The position numbers and the translations under genes are program-made. From an uncultured Gemmatimonadales bacterium (GTDB lineage: Bacteria; Gemmatimonadota; Gemmatimonadetes; Gemmatimonadales; Gemmatimonadaceae), in NCBI GenBank assembly GCA_963701965.1, contig OY969695.1, positions 4,928,001 to 4,992,000 on the forward strand: a stretch of 64,000 bases of DNA, given 5' to 3'. Below the pieces are notes generated by a model that saw nothing but the letters and a program-made list of their open reading frames with translations, was not told the origin of the DNA and did no database searches. Shown one piece after another: positions 9,868-20,059 of this stretch (position 1 is the first letter of the stretch; every line of letters starts with the position of its first letter).

Positions 9868-10913
9868 CCGCTATGACCTCGCGTGCTCTCTCGTCCGATC
9901 GCATGGTCGCCGTGCTCGCACTCGCCGTCGCAGCGTGTGCGACCGATACCCCATACGCGCCGCCACCAGTGACGGATCCCACAAAGCTCTACTGGTCACT
10001 CACGCTCAACCATCGCGCCGTGACGCTCTCCACGGTTGCGCCGTACGACACGATTCGTCTCGTCGCCACTCCGCGGACCATCAAGGGCCTGCCCATTGCC
10101 GGGCTTCCGGCGCCGACGTTCACATCGCTGGATCTGCAGAACGTACAGGTCAGCGCGACGGGGCTGGTGCACGTCATTGGCACCGGCACGCAGTTCACGG
10201 TGGTGGCGTCACTATCGATCGGCAACGACACGCATGCGGACACGGCGATCTTCAACGTCACCGATACGACGACCCCACCGGTCCTTAGCCGGTTCACGAT
10301 TCACCCGCCGCCGGGTGATAGCGCCAAGACAGCCTCCAACTTCCCAACGCTGATTCCCAGTGCGGGGATCGATGCCGCGGGGGACACCATCCAGAACCTC
10401 GCCACCTACTACTCGACGGCAGATTCGAGCGTGGCCACGATCGATCGCACCGGGGTGTTGAGTCCGGTACGACCCGGTCATGTGACGGTCTATGCGACGG
10501 CGACCGCGTATGGGATCACGAAGGCGGATACCCTGCCGTACACGATCGGCTATTCTCTCTTCGCGGTAATCCAGATCGCGGCGGAACCGAATGCTGCCGG
10601 GAAGATCGTCGGCATCTTTACGCCCAGCACGGTCTCCTTGGGTCCGGGTGCCACGGTGGTGTTCCAGAACCAGTCCGCGCCATCAACCGACGTCACGTTC
10701 GATGATCCGACGCACGTCATGCAGGATGACGCGGCCTGCGCCCAGCATGTGTGGTGGTGTGGGTCCGGCAACATTGCGGCATTCGCCAACGATCCCAGCG
10801 ACACGTCGGATACGAAGCAGCTTCGCATTCGCTCGATACCGGCTCCGGGCACCTACAAGTTCCACAGCACGATCTCCGGCGCCTCTGGGTCGGTCGTCGT
10901 CATGAAGCAGTAG
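9864..10913 (+). CDS. Lipoprotein with Ig-like repeats and C-terminal cupredoxin-like domain, copy 1
   Basis: Lipobox VAAC; YSTADSSVATIDRTGVL Big_2-like motif; FTPSTVSLGPGATVVFQN...PGTYKFHS plastocyanin-like pattern. Confidence 0.7.
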   Translation: MTAMTSRALSSDRMVAVLALAVAACATDTPYAPPPVTDPTKLYWSLTLNHRAVTLSTVAPYDTIRLVATPRTIKGLPIAGLPAPTFTSLDLQNVQVSATGLVHVIGTGTQFTVVASLSIGNDTHADTAIFNVTDTTTPPVLSRFTIHPPPGDSAKTASNFPTLIPSAGIDAAGDTIQNLATYYSTADSSVATIDRTGVLSPVRPGHVTVYATATAYGITKADTLPYTIGYSLFAVIQIAAEPNAAGKIVGIFTPSTVSLGPGATVVFQNQSAPSTDVTFDDPTHVMQDDAACAQHVWWCGSGNIAAFANDPSDTSDTKQLRIRSIPAPGTYKFHSTISGASGSVVVMKQ

Positions 10914-10914
10914 G

Positions 10915-12522
10915 ATGTCACTGAATCGACGCCGGTTTGTGGGGACTGGGGTTGCCGCCGCCGCCATGGTCGTTGCCCCCCGGCCTCTCGTGGCAATCCT
11001 CGATCGCGTGCCGGAGCCCGTCACCCCGGTGGAGGATCCGCAGGTCGCGGAGCTGGCCGCGCGCGGGCTGGAGAGCGCGCGCGGTGCCGGCGCGGTCTAC
11101 GCCGACGTCCGTCTGACGTACACCCGCACGCGGCGATTTCTAGAGATTAACGTCTCCGATGAAGAGGACATGGAAGTTGGGGTACGCGCGCTCGTGGACG
11201 GGTACTGGGGATTCGCCAGCGGACCGGTCTGGAGTCCGGACGAGATGGCGCGCCTCGGGCGTGAGGCCGTGCATCAAGCCAAGGTCAATACGCTCGGCAA
11301 GCCGCGTGACGTAGACCTCGCGTCAGTGCCCGTCGTGCAGAACGCGCACTGGACCACGCCAGTCCAGGTCGATCCGTTCGCGTTGTCTCCATTCGAGGTC
11401 CAAGACTATCTCGCCGCTCTCCGCATCTGGACCGAGCAGTACGGCGTCCAAGGCGCGGCGGGTCAGGCCTTCGCCATCGTCCAGGACGAGGTCTTCTCGT
11501 CGACGATCGGGAGTTATTGCACCCAGCGCCGATACTGGACGGAGGGGACGCTATCTGGCGAGGTGCACGTGGGAAACGAGCGGGGCGGGGTCTCTCTGCC
11601 GTGTCTCTCCCGGGCGGGCATGGGGTGGGAGCTCTTCACCGCCGACCGCATCCCGCGCGTGCGCGACCACTCCCTGCGTGACGAACTCCGCCTGCGCGCC
11701 GAGGAGTCCCGCGCGCTGCTCAAGCTGCCGCTCAAGCCGATCGATGTCGGACGATACGACGCCGCCGTCGACGCCACGAGTATGGCGCGGTTCGTCGATG
11801 CGACCCTCGGGCGCGCGACGGAGTTGGACCGCGCGCTCGGGTACGAAGCCAATGCGGGCGGCACGAGCTATCTGTCCGATCCGTCGGGGATGATCGGACA
11901 CTTTCAGGCCGGCGCTCCGCTCTTGACCGTGACGGCCAATCGATCGGAGCCCGGGGCCGCGGCGACGGTGCAGTGGGACGATGAGGGGGTGACGGCGGAC
12001 GACTTCCCGCTCGTGAAGAAGGGCGTGCTCACCGACTTCCAGACTACGCGGGAGAGTGCGGCCTGGCTCGCGGGCCCGTCGGCCGGTGCGCCGGCGCGCT
12101 CGCACGGGTGCGCCGACGCGCCATCGGCCATGTACGCGCCCATGACGCATATACCCAATCTCGTGATGGCCCCGGGGACGGCCGGGGACTTCGAAGCAAT
12201 GGTCAGCAGCGTCACCGACGGTCTGGCGATCACGGGGGCCAATCTCGAGATGGACTTCCAAGTGGCAACCGGGTTCGGGACGGGGACGGTCGTTGCCGTC
12301 AAGAACGGGAAGCGCGTGGCGCGCTTGTCGGGGGCGGGGTTCCTGTTCCGATCGACCGAGTTCTGGAAGTCGCTAATGGCGATTGGCGGTGAGACGGCGC
12401 TGCGCCGGGTGGGTGCCCCGGCGCTCAAGGGTGAGCCGCCGCAGGTGTGCTACCACAGCGTGACGGCGCCGCCCGCGGTCGTCAAAGGGCTCACGCTCAT
12501 CGACCCGTTGAGGAAAGCATGA
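10915..12522 (+). CDS. tldD: TldD-family protein with Tat signal, lacking HExxxH, copy 1
   Basis: NRRRFV twin-arginine; GAVYADVR, VGVRALVDGYWGFAS, ELDRALGYEAN, WDDEGV and KGEPPQ motifs. Confidence 0.85.
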   Translation: MSLNRRRFVGTGVAAAAMVVAPRPLVAILDRVPEPVTPVEDPQVAELAARGLESARGAGAVYADVRLTYTRTRRFLEINVSDEEDMEVGVRALVDGYWGFASGPVWSPDEMARLGREAVHQAKVNTLGKPRDVDLASVPVVQNAHWTTPVQVDPFALSPFEVQDYLAALRIWTEQYGVQGAAGQAFAIVQDEVFSSTIGSYCTQRRYWTEGTLSGEVHVGNERGGVSLPCLSRAGMGWELFTADRIPRVRDHSLRDELRLRAEESRALLKLPLKPIDVGRYDAAVDATSMARFVDATLGRATELDRALGYEANAGGTSYLSDPSGMIGHFQAGAPLLTVTANRSEPGAAATVQWDDEGVTADDFPLVKKGVLTDFQTTRESAAWLAGPSAGAPARSHGCADAPSAMYAPMTHIPNLVMAPGTAGDFEAMVSSVTDGLAITGANLEMDFQVATGFGTGTVVAVKNGKRVARLSGAGFLFRSTEFWKSLMAIGGETALRRVGAPALKGEPPQVCYHSVTAPPAVVKGLTLIDPLRKA

Positions 12523-13965
12523 GCCGGGGACGTGATCGACTGATTCGACTCGATGACGCGGAGCGCATCCTGTCTCGCGAGGAATGCGCGCGCATCGCGC
12601 GCCGGACCTTCGATTTCGCGCGGGGCGGGGGCGAGTCGCAGATCGAGATCTTCTCGTGGTGGAACGGCGAGCTGCGATGGGCGCGCAATCGCGTCGCGCT
12701 GGCCAGTGATCGCCGGGACATCCGGATCGCGGTGGGCCGGTTCGTCGGTGTGGGGCAAGGCCAGGCGACGACGAACCAACTCGACGATGAGTCGCTCGAG
12801 TCGGCGGTGCGGGCGGCGGAGCGGAATGCCCGGCACTGGCCAAATATTCTCCGCCGGCCAGTCTTGCTCCCGCCTATTCCGTTCGGCCGCGCCCCCGAAG
12901 GCGGCGATCTGGAGCGACGCGACGTATGCTGTGACGCCGGAGGTCCGGGGCGAGGTGGCGCGCACGCTGGTGGCGAAGGCGGAAGCCCAAGGGATGCAGT
13001 CCGCGGGGTACATCGAAATGCGCGCGGGCGCACGTACGCTGATGCACTCGGAGCGGATAGACACGCCGGCGCCGTGGGACATCCCCTACGCGGCGTGGAC
13101 GCAGGCGCAATGTTCGATGACGGTGCGCAGTCCGGACGGTACGGGGTCGGGTTGGGCGGGTCTTTCCGGCCATGACTGGGCGCGAATCGATAGCGACGGG
13201 CTGGCGCAGCGCGCGCTCGACAAGTGTCTCACCTCGCAACATCCGGTGACGCTCGAGCCCGGGCGCTACACGGTGATCCTCGAGCCGCAGGCCGTCGCCG
13301 ACTTGTGGGAGCTGGTCGTGGCCTCGATGCCGCGGCTGATCGCGGAAATGGGCCAGGGACCCTGGGCGTTGGCACCGGACGAGGCGCTCAACCTGTGGCG
13401 CACGAAACTGGGGCTCAAGGTCATGGACGAACGCATCACCGTGGACCATGACCCCACGGACCCGGAACTGGGCATCGTGCCAGAAGCGTGGATGGAGCCC
13501 GTACGATGGATCGATCGGGGCGTGCTGACGACGCTCGCGTACGATCGGGACTATGCACTGGCGAAGCTGGGGACCAATGCGCCACGGCGGGGGATGGTGG
13601 GGTACCGCATGAGCGGCGGCGAGACATCGATGGAGGAGATGATCCGCACCACCACGCGCGGATTGCTCGTCACCCGGCTCTCGAATGTGCGCCTGTTGGA
13701 TCAGACCAGTCTTCTGGCCACGGGGTTGACCCGGGATGGGCTGTGGCTGATCGAGCATGGGCAGATCTCGAAGGCCGTCAAGAATCTCCGTTTCACCGAA
13801 TCTCCGTTGTTCGCGTTCTCGAGCATCGAGCAGCTCGGGGTTCCGGTGCCGGTGTTCCGCCCGGTCAAGGACCCGTATGAGCAATTCGCGCCGTTGACCC
13901 CGGCGATCGTGCCGGCGCTCAAGGTGCGTGATTTCTCCTTCACGTCGACCATCAATGCGATTTAG
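12519..13965 (+). CDS. tldE: TldE/PmbA-family protein, copy 1 (apparent +1 frameshift near 12882)
   Basis: LEPGRYTVILEPQAV and TGLTRDGLWLIEHGQISKAVKNLRF; split over ORFs 12447..13175 and 12553..13965, colinear with intact copy 2. Confidence 0.8.
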
Positions 13966-15364
13966 TCGCGGCAGTCGCGACGGTGCTCGCGGCGATGATG
14001 TGTTGTCGTCATCCGGCCACCGCTCAGGCGCAAACGCGATTTCAATGGCCGGACACCAGTGTGGATCTCGCCCGGTACTCGAGCGTTGGGGAGTGCTCGG
14101 GCGCTGTCCGGCGCGTGCAGGCGGATGTGGACCGCCGTGAGGCGTTGACCATGGAGCGGGACACGCTACCGCCGGATCCGGGGCGCAGCCTTGCGCCGGC
14201 GCCGGCCGAGGTGACGGAGACGGCGATACGGTGTGCGGCACGCGTTACGCGACGCACCGTCGATCTGGTCGAATTCCGCTGGGCTATGCCCCTCCTGCTC
14301 GCGGCGGGCCGGGATAGCGATGTCGCGGTCTTGGTCGACCGGAAACTGGCGACGGTCCCAGCTACTGACGCGCGCGCGCGTGCCATCGTCGTCGACAGCG
14401 CGGTTGACATTACCTGGACGCGCGGCCGGTGCGTCTGGCGGCGGCCGAAACGTTTCTGGTGCGGCGGGCCCGTGGCGGCGCCGATCGCATCGAACGGCTC
14501 AAGACCTACGACAAGCTGCGCGACGTGAGTCATCAGGATGGCGACACGGCGCGCGCGCGCCGAGTGGCGCGCTGGGAGATCGGCGTGGCCGACTCCCTCA
14601 CCCCGGCGGAGCGCCAGTCGCAGGCCTACGCGGAGCTGGCCGCCGGCAATGGTGGCGACATGCTCATCTACGCGGCGGAAGAGGAGCTCACCGGTCTGGT
14701 GCCGCTCCTCGATAGCCTTCGGCATAGCACGGCGGCCTTCGCCACTTTGGAGTACGATCTTCTGCGTCGGGCCTCCGGCGGCCAGCCGGACAAGCTCTTG
14801 CCCATCGGACGACCGTCTCCGCCGCTCGCCGCTGATTGGTGGTTTCCGGCTGTCGCTGGAACCGTGCATTGGCCGACGCCGGGTCACGTGACGTTCGTCA
14901 GCTTTCTCACTTTCCCGCAGTGTGTGGGGCTATCCGAAGATAGCTACAGCGGCTCGTGCAATAGCGAGCTGGTGAGGCTGAGGCGGATCGCGCGCCGGTT
15001 TCCCGATGTCGACATCACGATCGTCGCGTCGACCCAGGGCGGATTCATGTACCTACCGCCCATGTCTCCCGCGGCCGAAGCCTCGTGGATCGCGCAATGG
15101 GTCGACGTGTTTCACGTGCCAAACTTGGTCGTAGCCGTTGACTCGACGCCGTTCTGGCGCCTCCCGGATCCCGACGGGCGCCGGATCAACAAGGACGTGC
15201 CGAGTATCGCCGTCTACCGCTACGGTCTCTGGCGACCCGAGCAGCAAGGCAGCCGCATGCTCGTTGACGAGAATGGCCTCATTGTCGACGTCCTGCATGT
15301 GAACGACGAGGATGCGCTCATGCAGTTCATTGACGTGCTCGTCCACCGCCCCCGTCCGAGTTGA
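13955..15364 (+). CDS. Secreted protein with C-terminal thioredoxin/TlpA-like domain, copy 1 (apparent frameshifts near 13976-14012 and 14410)
   Basis: Pieces 13983..14528 and 14429..15364 align end to end with intact copy 29105..30508. Confidence 0.7.
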
Positions 15365-15366
15365 TC

Positions 15367-18168
15367 ATGTGGCTGCGCGCATTGCTCTGCTACGGTGCCC
15401 TCGTGCCGCTCGGATTCACGCCGGCACCCGCCCTGCGGGATCCGGCCTTGACGGTGGGGACGCTGCCGAACGGGCTCCGGTACTACCTCCGTCCCAATCA
15501 CCAGCCGGCGCACCGGGTGGAACTGCGCCTCGTGGTCAATGCGGGCAGCGAATTGGAGGATCGCGACCAGCAAGGGTTCGCCCATTTCCTGGAGCACATG
15601 GCGTTCGAAGGCACCACGCATTTCCCCGGACATGCGTTGCTCGATTTCATCGAAACGAGCGGCATGCGGTTCGGCGCCGATCTGAACGCGATGACGACGC
15701 CGGACGAGACGATCTACACGCTGACATTACCCTCCGACGACCCGCACATCGTCGAACGGGGCCTCCAAGTACTGGAGGATTGGGCAGACGGGGGGATTCT
15801 CATCGACTCGGCCGCGGTCGTGGGGGAGCGCGGGATCATCATGGGGGAGTGGCGGACGCGCCTGCCGGATTCGGCGAGTCGCACGGTGCAGGCGCACTAC
15901 GACACGCTGTACTTGGGACATTCGCGCTACCGGTCGCGGAAGCCGATCGGGGATACGGCGCTCATCCAGCACGCGACGCCGGGACCGATCCGGCGCTTTT
16001 ATCGGGACTGGTATCGGCCCGAGCGCATGACGGTGGTGGTGGTCGGGGATGTCGATGCGTCGACGATGGCGCTTGAGATCCGCCAGCGGTTCGGGGGCAT
16101 TAAAGCGGCCGCGCCGGCGCGCCCGCGGCCGGCGGTAGGGCTGCCGTCGCGGTCCTCGCCGGAGATCGACGTGTATCGGGGGAAGGTGGAGCCCGGAGTG
16201 GAGCTGCAGTGGCCGCTGGCCCCGACGCCCGCTGACCCGCTGGCGGCGGTCAAGCAGCAGGTCATGCACGATCTACTTGCCTCCACCGTCTCGGCGCGCC
16301 TCTTGGACATCCGCACCCATCCCTCGCGTCCGTTCATTAGTGCTCAGTTGGATCAAGGGCGTCTGGTCCGCCCGATTGCCATCGAGGCGCTCTCGGTCAT
16401 CACGTGGCCGGATAGTCTGGAGCATGGATTGGACGCCGTGTACACGGTGCTCGAGGGCATCGCCCAACACGGCATCCCGGCGAGTGTGCTTGCCCACGAA
16501 AAGGCCGTGCTGTTGGCCCGCCTGGAGCACGCGGCATCGGGCGAGATGGGCCGGTCGTCGGCAGCCTATGCGGATGCGTACGTCGATCATGCCCTGACCG
16601 GCGACGGCTCGCTCTTGAGCGCGGCGCAGGAACTGGCCTATGCGCGGCCGATCCTAACTGCGCTGACCCCCGACGACCTGGCGCACGTCGTCCGGCAATG
16701 GCTGGATCCGGCGCGATCGCGCATCGTCGTCCGGCTGCCCCTCACCGCGCACGTCGCCACCCCCACCCGTACGCGGGTGCTCGCCCTGATCGATTCGCTG
16801 GCCCGCACGCCCCTGCCACCGGACAGCGACCGCGCGACGTCCGGCGGATCGCTGCTCGCGACCGCGCCGACCCCCGGGCACGTCGTGAGTGAGCAAAACG
16901 ATCACGCGGCCGGCATCACCGAATGGACGCTCTCCAATGGCGCCCGGGTGATCCTCAAACCGACGCAAAACGATCCGGACGACGTGCAGATGCGGGCCTG
17001 GAGTCCCGGCGGGTTCTCCCTGATGCCCGACTCGCTGTTTTTCACCCCGGGCCGGATGGTGGGGCGCGTGATGACCGACGTCGGCGGACTCGGGGCGACC
17101 ACGCACGATGCGCTGGAGCGCCAGCTCTCGACGACCGGACTGCGGGAGATGCGAGTCAACATCGGCTACGCCGATCAGACCATTCGGGTCGCTGGGTCGC
17201 CCAAAGAACTGGAGCTGCTCTTTCAAATGCTGCATCTCCAGCTCACCGCACCGCTCATCGACACCGCGGCGCTGTCGGGGTGGAAGAGCCTGGCCAAGTG
17301 GCAGTTGACGGGGACGTCGATCGACGACCAGCTCAGTCGGCAGCTCGCCCTGAACGACCCCCGGTTGCAGCCGGTGTCGACGAGCCTCGCCGAGCTGGCG
17401 ACGGTCGACAATCTCATGGCCGCCTATCGGAACCGCTTCGGGAACCCCGCGGGGTTCACGTTCACCATCGTCGGCGCCGTGAGTCCGGAGGAAGCGCGCC
17501 CGTTGGTGGAACGGTACCTGGCCAGCCTGCCGGGGACGGGGACCACCGAGCAGCCGAAAGCGACTCGTGAGCACTTCGTGTCGCTCAACCGGGTGAAGGC
17601 GATCCTCCACGAGACGGAGCCGGAGAAGGCGGTGACGTTTCTCGTGTTCGACGGCCTGTTCCCGCCGGCGCCGCAAGACTACCTGCGGGAGCGCCAGCGC
17701 CTCTCGGCGCTGACGTATGTGCTGGACGAGCGGTTGCGCACGCGACTCCGGCAGGAATTGAGTGGCACGTACTCGCCGTTCACCACCAGTGAGACGTACG
17801 CGTTGCCGGAGGAACGCTACCGGGTGCTGGTGGCATTCGACGCGGCGCCGGCGCGGATGTATGAGTTGAACTGGGCCCTGATGCAGGTGGTGGACTCGCT
17901 GCGGACGCACGGGGTGAGCGAGGCCGAGGCGACGCGGGCGGCGACGGTGCAGCGGCGGCAGTTGGAGACGCGGCTCCAGGACAACAATTACTGGATGGGG
18001 ACGATCGGAACGTATGTCCGTCTGGGGATCCCGCTGGACGCGGTCCCGGCGCCGTACGGCGATCATGCGGTGACGGCGGAGGAGATCGGGGAGGCAGCCC
18101 AGCGCTATCTCCCCGCCAATGCGTATTACCGCCTCACCCTCGTGCCCAAGGACTCTACCGCATCGTAG
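15367..18168 (+). CDS. M16-family (PqqL/pitrilysin-like) zinc protease, copy 1
   Basis: Signal peptide; GTLPNGLRYY, AHFLEHMAF (HxxEH), FYRDWYRP, EWTLSNGARV; four-domain length. Confidence 0.92.
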   Translation: MWLRALLCYGALVPLGFTPAPALRDPALTVGTLPNGLRYYLRPNHQPAHRVELRLVVNAGSELEDRDQQGFAHFLEHMAFEGTTHFPGHALLDFIETSGMRFGADLNAMTTPDETIYTLTLPSDDPHIVERGLQVLEDWADGGILIDSAAVVGERGIIMGEWRTRLPDSASRTVQAHYDTLYLGHSRYRSRKPIGDTALIQHATPGPIRRFYRDWYRPERMTVVVVGDVDASTMALEIRQRFGGIKAAAPARPRPAVGLPSRSSPEIDVYRGKVEPGVELQWPLAPTPADPLAAVKQQVMHDLLASTVSARLLDIRTHPSRPFISAQLDQGRLVRPIAIEALSVITWPDSLEHGLDAVYTVLEGIAQHGIPASVLAHEKAVLLARLEHAASGEMGRSSAAYADAYVDHALTGDGSLLSAAQELAYARPILTALTPDDLAHVVRQWLDPARSRIVVRLPLTAHVATPTRTRVLALIDSLARTPLPPDSDRATSGGSLLATAPTPGHVVSEQNDHAAGITEWTLSNGARVILKPTQNDPDDVQMRAWSPGGFSLMPDSLFFTPGRMVGRVMTDVGGLGATTHDALERQLSTTGLREMRVNIGYADQTIRVAGSPKELELLFQMLHLQLTAPLIDTAALSGWKSLAKWQLTGTSIDDQLSRQLALNDPRLQPVSTSLAELATVDNLMAAYRNRFGNPAGFTFTIVGAVSPEEARPLVERYLASLPGTGTTEQPKATREHFVSLNRVKAILHETEPEKAVTFLVFDGLFPPAPQDYLRERQRLSALTYVLDERLRTRLRQELSGTYSPFTTSETYALPEERYRVLVAFDAAPARMYELNWALMQVVDSLRTHGVSEAEATRAATVQRRQLETRLQDNNYWMGTIGTYVRLGIPLDAVPAPYGDHAVTAEEIGEAAQRYLPANAYYRLTLVPKDSTAS

Positions 18169-18197
18169 TAGAGGAAACGGACTTCGTGTTGGTCTAT
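18169..18197 (+). promoter_or_regulatory. Putative ECF promoter upstream of second sigma gene
   Basis: TAGAGG(AAAC)-N17-GTCTAT, closely matching 41381-41409. Confidence 0.5.
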
Positions 18198-18276
18198 TCC
18201 TAGGGGTATCAGATCATCACGGCAGGCAACGGCCTCGAGTATTGACAGCATTGGTACCGTTGCTTACAGATCTGTC

Positions 18277-18909
18277 GTGAAGGTTCCGATACCGAAGACG
18301 TCCCACCACGACACGGTCACTGGGCCGGCCCTGCGGCTGGAGTTGCCATCAGGCGAATCCGGCGGAGACGCGGAGCGACTGTCGCGCATCCGCGCAGGAG
18401 ACGTGGCGGCATTCGAGGCCGTCGTTCGTGCGCATGCGCCAGGGTTGGTGGCCTTCGCCTATAGGTACGTGCGGTCTCGCGAGCTCGCGGCCGATCTCGC
18501 CCAGGACGTATTTGCCCAGATATGGGAGCGACGGGAGTCGCTGGACGTCCGCGGGTCGATCCGCGCGTATCTCTACGGAGCCGTACGCAACCGCGCGCTC
18601 AACGCGATCCGGCGCGATTCGCTACTGTCCCGCTGGCGGGACACCGAGTCGACACGCGACCCGGCCGATGGGCGCGCGGCGCCGTCGGCGGACCGCCCGC
18701 TGGAGGAAGCCGAGCTGTTGACGGCCCTGCACGCGGCCCTGGCGTCGCTGCCGCCGCGCACGCGTGAGGTGGCGCGGCTCCGCTGGCAGGAAGAGATGAG
18801 CTACGCCGAGATCGCGACCGTCATGGAGATCACCGTGTCGACGGTGAGCAATCAACTGCTCCGCGCCGCGAAACGCATGCGGGCCCTCCTCGCCGGAGTC
18901 TGGCCCTAG
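18277..18909 (+). CDS. ECF sigma-70 factor (FecI-like), copy 2
   Basis: AADLAQDVFAQIW and MSYAEIATVMEITVSTVSNQLLRA; start uncertain. Confidence 0.9.
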   Translation: MKVPIPKTSHHDTVTGPALRLELPSGESGGDAERLSRIRAGDVAAFEAVVRAHAPGLVAFAYRYVRSRELAADLAQDVFAQIWERRESLDVRGSIRAYLYGAVRNRALNAIRRDSLLSRWRDTESTRDPADGRAAPSADRPLEEAELLTALHAALASLPPRTREVARLRWQEEMSYAEIATVMEITVSTVSNQLLRAAKRMRALLAGVWP

Positions 18910-18921
18910 CACATCCGCGGA

Positions 18922-18949
18922 TAGTGAAGTTCTCGGGGTCGCGTGTCTC
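18922..18949 (+). promoter_or_regulatory. Putative ECF promoter upstream of second fecR-like gene
   Basis: TAGTGA-N17-GTCTC at the same distance from the start codon as in copy 1. Confidence 0.4.
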
Positions 18950-18955
18950 ATTGAC

Positions 18956-20059
18956 GTGGACAACGAAACCCCGGACCTGAGCGACCTACCGCTCGACGTC
19001 TTCGAGCGATTCCTCGCCGGTGAGTGTACGCCGGATGAAATAGCCCGCGTGCGGACGTGGGCCGCTGGTGTCACCGGCCATGCCAATGCCGCCCATCGGA
19101 TGCGCGAGGGAATTCGGTCACTCGACGCCGAAGCGCCGGCCGCCCTCAATGTCGACGCATTCCTCTCCGGGCTGCGCACCCGACTCAATTTGGCCCCGGC
19201 CCATCGGCGCGCGGCGCCTCGGTCGCGCACCTGGACGGGAGCCCCTGGCATCGCCACGCCACAACGGACCGGCTGGCGCATCGTACGAATGGCGGCCAGT
19301 GTCGCCGCCATCGGCCTTGGTGCGCTGACGGTGTGGCGCGCGGGCTGGGTCGGACCGACGCAACCGGTCCGCAATGTCGACAGTGCGCGCGGGAGTCGCA
19401 CCACCCTCACCCTGCGGGATGGGACGCGCATCGTGCTGGGGCCGGCGACGCATCTCGAGGTGCCGGAGGACTTCGGCCGCGCGACGCGAGAGGTCACGCT
19501 TTCCGGAGAGGCGCTGTTCACGGTCGTTCACGATCCTCGGCGGCCCTTCGCCGTCAAGACCCCGCGCATGACGACGCGCGATGTCGGGACGACGTTCGCC
19601 GTACGCGCGTACGCCGACGATGCCTACGAGCGCGTCGCAGTGGTCGAGGGAGCGGTCCAGGTGGCTGGCGCATCGCTCGCGGCGCACGACGTCGCGTTGG
19701 TCGACACATCCCGGCGTGTCACCATCGAGCGGGGGACTGATGTGGCGCCGTACCTGGCGTGGACACAGGCCACGCTGGTGTTTCGAGGGACCCCGTTCCG
19801 CGAGGCTGTTCGCGAGGTGGCGCGCACGCTCGATCTCGACGTGACCATCGCCGATTCGACCATCGGTCGGCAGCTCATCACCGGGTCGTTTGGCAATCAG
19901 TCCGTGGACGAGATTCTCGAGGCCATCACGCGGGTGGCGGGCGCGCACTTCGAACGGAAAGGCCGCGTCGTCGTGATTCGGCGCGGGGTGATGCCGGTCA
20001 GCCGACATGAGTCGCCGCGGAATGTGGAGCGGGTTACCATGAATGGACGCGGGTCATGA
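18956..20059 (+). CDS. FecR-family anti-sigma/transmembrane sensor, copy 2
   Basis: SARGSRTTLTLRDGTRIVLG, GEALFTVVHDPRRPFAV, DVGTTFAV. Confidence 0.9.
   Translation: MDNETPDLSDLPLDVFERFLAGECTPDEIARVRTWAAGVTGHANAAHRMREGIRSLDAEAPAALNVDAFLSGLRTRLNLAPAHRRAAPRSRTWTGAPGIATPQRTGWRIVRMAASVAAIGLGALTVWRAGWVGPTQPVRNVDSARGSRTTLTLRDGTRIVLGPATHLEVPEDFGRATREVTLSGEALFTVVHDPRRPFAVKTPRMTTRDVGTTFAVRAYADDAYERVAVVEGAVQVAGASLAAHDVALVDTSRRVTIERGTDVAPYLAWTQATLVFRGTPFREAVREVARTLDLDVTIADSTIGRQLITGSFGNQSVDEILEAITRVAGAHFERKGRVVVIRRGVMPVSRHESPRNVERVTMNGRGS

Noticed and set aside
18242..18270. Sigma-70 promoter TTGACA-N17-TACAGA before the second sigma gene
   Set aside because: Perfect -35 but the -10 lacks the conserved final T; possible but not supported well enough to list.
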